In this document: positions 61,801-64,000 of the stretch, piece after piece
Position numbering within the stretch: the first letter of the stretch is position 1
Layout: each line of letters starts with the position of its first letter
Assembly: GCA_030390025.1 (NCBI GenBank)
Contig: JASTWF010000340.1
Coordinates: 186,001-250,000 of the forward strand
Source of the DNA: Squalus acanthias
Lineage: Eukaryota
Length of the DNA stretch: 64,000 nt
Direction: 5' to 3'
The notes under the pieces: model-generated
Seen by the model: the letters and a program-made list of their open reading frames with translations, nothing else
What the model was told of the DNA's origin: nothing
Database searches by the model: none
Translations under genes and position numbers: made by a program

Positions 61801-64000
61801 AGTAAAGGGGGTAAAAGCAGGAATAAATTGTCACAAAACATATTTAAAAGTTCTTTATCTGAATGCACGCATCATTCGTAACAAAATAGACGAATTGACG
61901 GTACAAATAACTATGTATGGGTATGATCTTGTGGCCATTACAGAAACATGGCTGCAGGGTGACAACGACTGGGAAGTAAATATGCCAGGGTATTTAACAA
62001 TCAGGAAGGACAGACAGGAAGGAAGAGGAGGTGGGGTAGCTATGTTAATAAAGGAAGGAATCACTGTATTACAGAGAAATTATATTGGGTCAAAGGATCA
62101 GGATAATGAAACAGTTTGGGTGGAGATAAGGAATAATAAAGGGGAAAAAAACACTAGTGGGAGTAGTATATAGGCCTCCTAATAGTTGCAACTCTGCTGG
62201 AAGAAGTATTAATCAGGAAACAGTTGGGGCATGTAATAAGGGAACAGCTATAATTATGGGGGATTTTAACTATAATATTAACTGGACAAATCAAATTGGG
62301 CAGGGCAGCCTTGAGGAAGAGTTTATTGAGTGTATTAGGGATGGATTTCTTGAGCAGTATGTAACTGATCCTACAAGGGGGCAAGCAACCTTGGACCTGG
62401 TCCTGTGTAATGAGTCAGGATTAATTAATAATGTCCTAGTTAAGGATCCCCTTGGAATGAGTGACCATAACATGGTTGAATTCCATATCCAATTAGAGGG
62501 TGAGAAGGTTGGTTCTCAGACAAGCGTACTGAGCTTGAATAAATGAGACTATGATGGTATGAGAGCGGAATTGATTAAATTGGACTGGGAAAATAGATTA
62601 AAGGGTAAGACGGTACATGAGCAGTGGTGTTCATTCAAGGAGTTATTTTACAACTTTCAAAAAATATATATTCCACTGAGGAAAAAAGGGTGTAAAAGAA
62701 ATGACAGCCATCCATGGCTAAGTAAAGAAATTAAGGATAGCATCCAACTAAAAACAAGGACATATAAGGTAGCCAAACTTAGTGGGAGGATAGAAGATTG
62801 GGAAGTCTTCAAAAGACAGCAAAAAGTAACTAAAGGATTGATTAAGAAAGGGAAGATAGATTATGAAAATAAATTAGCAAAAAATATAAAAACAGAAAGC
62901 AAGAGTTTCTATAGTTTTTTAAAAAGAAAAAGGGTGGCTAAGGCAAACGTAGGTCCCTTAGAGGATGAGACCGGGAAATTAATGGTGGGAAACATGGAGA
63001 TGGCAAAATTGCTGAACAAATATTTTGTTTCAGTCTTTACGGTAGAGGGCACTAAGAATATCCCAACACTGGACAAACAGGGGGCTCTAGGGGGGGAGGA
63101 GCTAAATACGATTAAAATCACTAAGGAATTGGTACTCAGTAAAATAATGGGACTCAAGGCGGATAAATCCCCTGGACCTGATGGCTTACATCCTAGGGTC
63201 TTGAGGGAAGTGGCAATAGGGATTGTGGATGCTTTGGTAATAATTTTCCAAAATTCCCTGGAATCAGCAAAGTTCCCGGAGATTGGAAAACTGCTAATGT
63301 AACACCCTTATTTAAAAAGGGTAGTAGGCAGAAAGCTGGAAATTATAGACCAGTTAGTCTAACATCTGTGGTGGGTAAAATTTTGGAGTCTATTATTAAG
63401 GAGACAGTAACGGAACATTTAGATAAACATAATTTGATAGGACAAAGTCAGCATGGCTTTATGAAGGGGAAATCATGTCTGACATATTTGCTTGAGTTCT
63501 TTGAGGACATAACGTACAGGGTGGATAAAGGGGAACCAATGGACGTAGTGTATTTCGACTTCCAGAAGGGATTCGACAAGGTGCCACATAAAAGATTATT
63601 GCTCAAGATAAAAAATCACTGGATTTGGGGGAATATTCTGGCATGGGTGGAGGATTGGTTATCTAACAGGAAGCAGAGAGTTGGGATAAATGGTTCATTC
63701 TCGGACTGGCAACCAGTAGCCAGTGGTGTTCCGCAGGGGTCGGTGCTGGGTCCCCAACTCTTTACAATCTATATTAACGATTTGGAGGAGGGGACCAAGT
63801 GTAATATATCAAAGTTTGCAGATGATACAAAGATGGGAGGGAAAGTAGAAAGTGAGGAGGACATAAAAAACCTACAAGGGGATATAGACAGGCTGGGTGA
63901 GTGGGCGGGATTTGGCAGATGCAATGCAATATTGGAAAATGTGAGGTTATGCACTTTGTCAGGAAAAATCAGAGAGCAAGTTATTTTCTTAATGGCGAGA
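58831..64000 (+). mobile_element. CR1 LINE (ORF1 zinc finger plus esterase; ORF2 from ~61840), interrupted by an inverted CR1; runs off the right edge
   Basis: MCYCCNMWE..ICSKC, VVGDSIIKG, VHVGTND, DGIH; LYLNARIIRNK, GVVYRPP, GDFN and RT motifs. Confidence 0.9.
59840..61710 (-). mobile_element. Young 5'-truncated CR1 LINE
   Basis: 458-aa RT ORF, in frame with the 61337-61710 segment across a single stop; (ctatgttt)n tail; imperfect GC(G/A)GAGAA direct repeat at 59834-59841 and 61709-61716. Confidence 0.92.

Overview
Repeat-dense vertebrate genomic DNA, most likely from a cartilaginous fish (inferred from SacSINE1/DeuSINE-like SINEs, esterase-ORF1 CR1 LINEs, Penelope-like elements and a GPR139-like receptor). 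Three host genes can be read by hand. (1) An intact two-exon GPR139/GPR142-like class A GPCR (+, 3963-4032 and 6926-7842, 328 aa). (2) A ~33 kb minus-strand gene for an LRC/LILR/FCRL/LITR-type Ig-like receptor: split leader, three C2-type Ig exons, an uncharged TM exon, cytoplasmic micro-exons and a terminal ITIM (IIYAAV). It shows decay: a nonsense codon in a duplicated Ig exon, a truncated extra Ig exon and disabled leader copies. (3) The probable leader exon of a further receptor gene running off the left edge. Also present are a small cluster of tRNA pseudogenes, Penelope-like retroelements with minimal hammerhead ribozyme motifs, near-full-length and nested CR1 LINEs (one preceded by a 35-37 bp tandem array), RTE and L2 fragments, a Harbinger-like MITE and a TG-rich minisatellite. 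All exon and repeat calls are manual readings; no searches were run.
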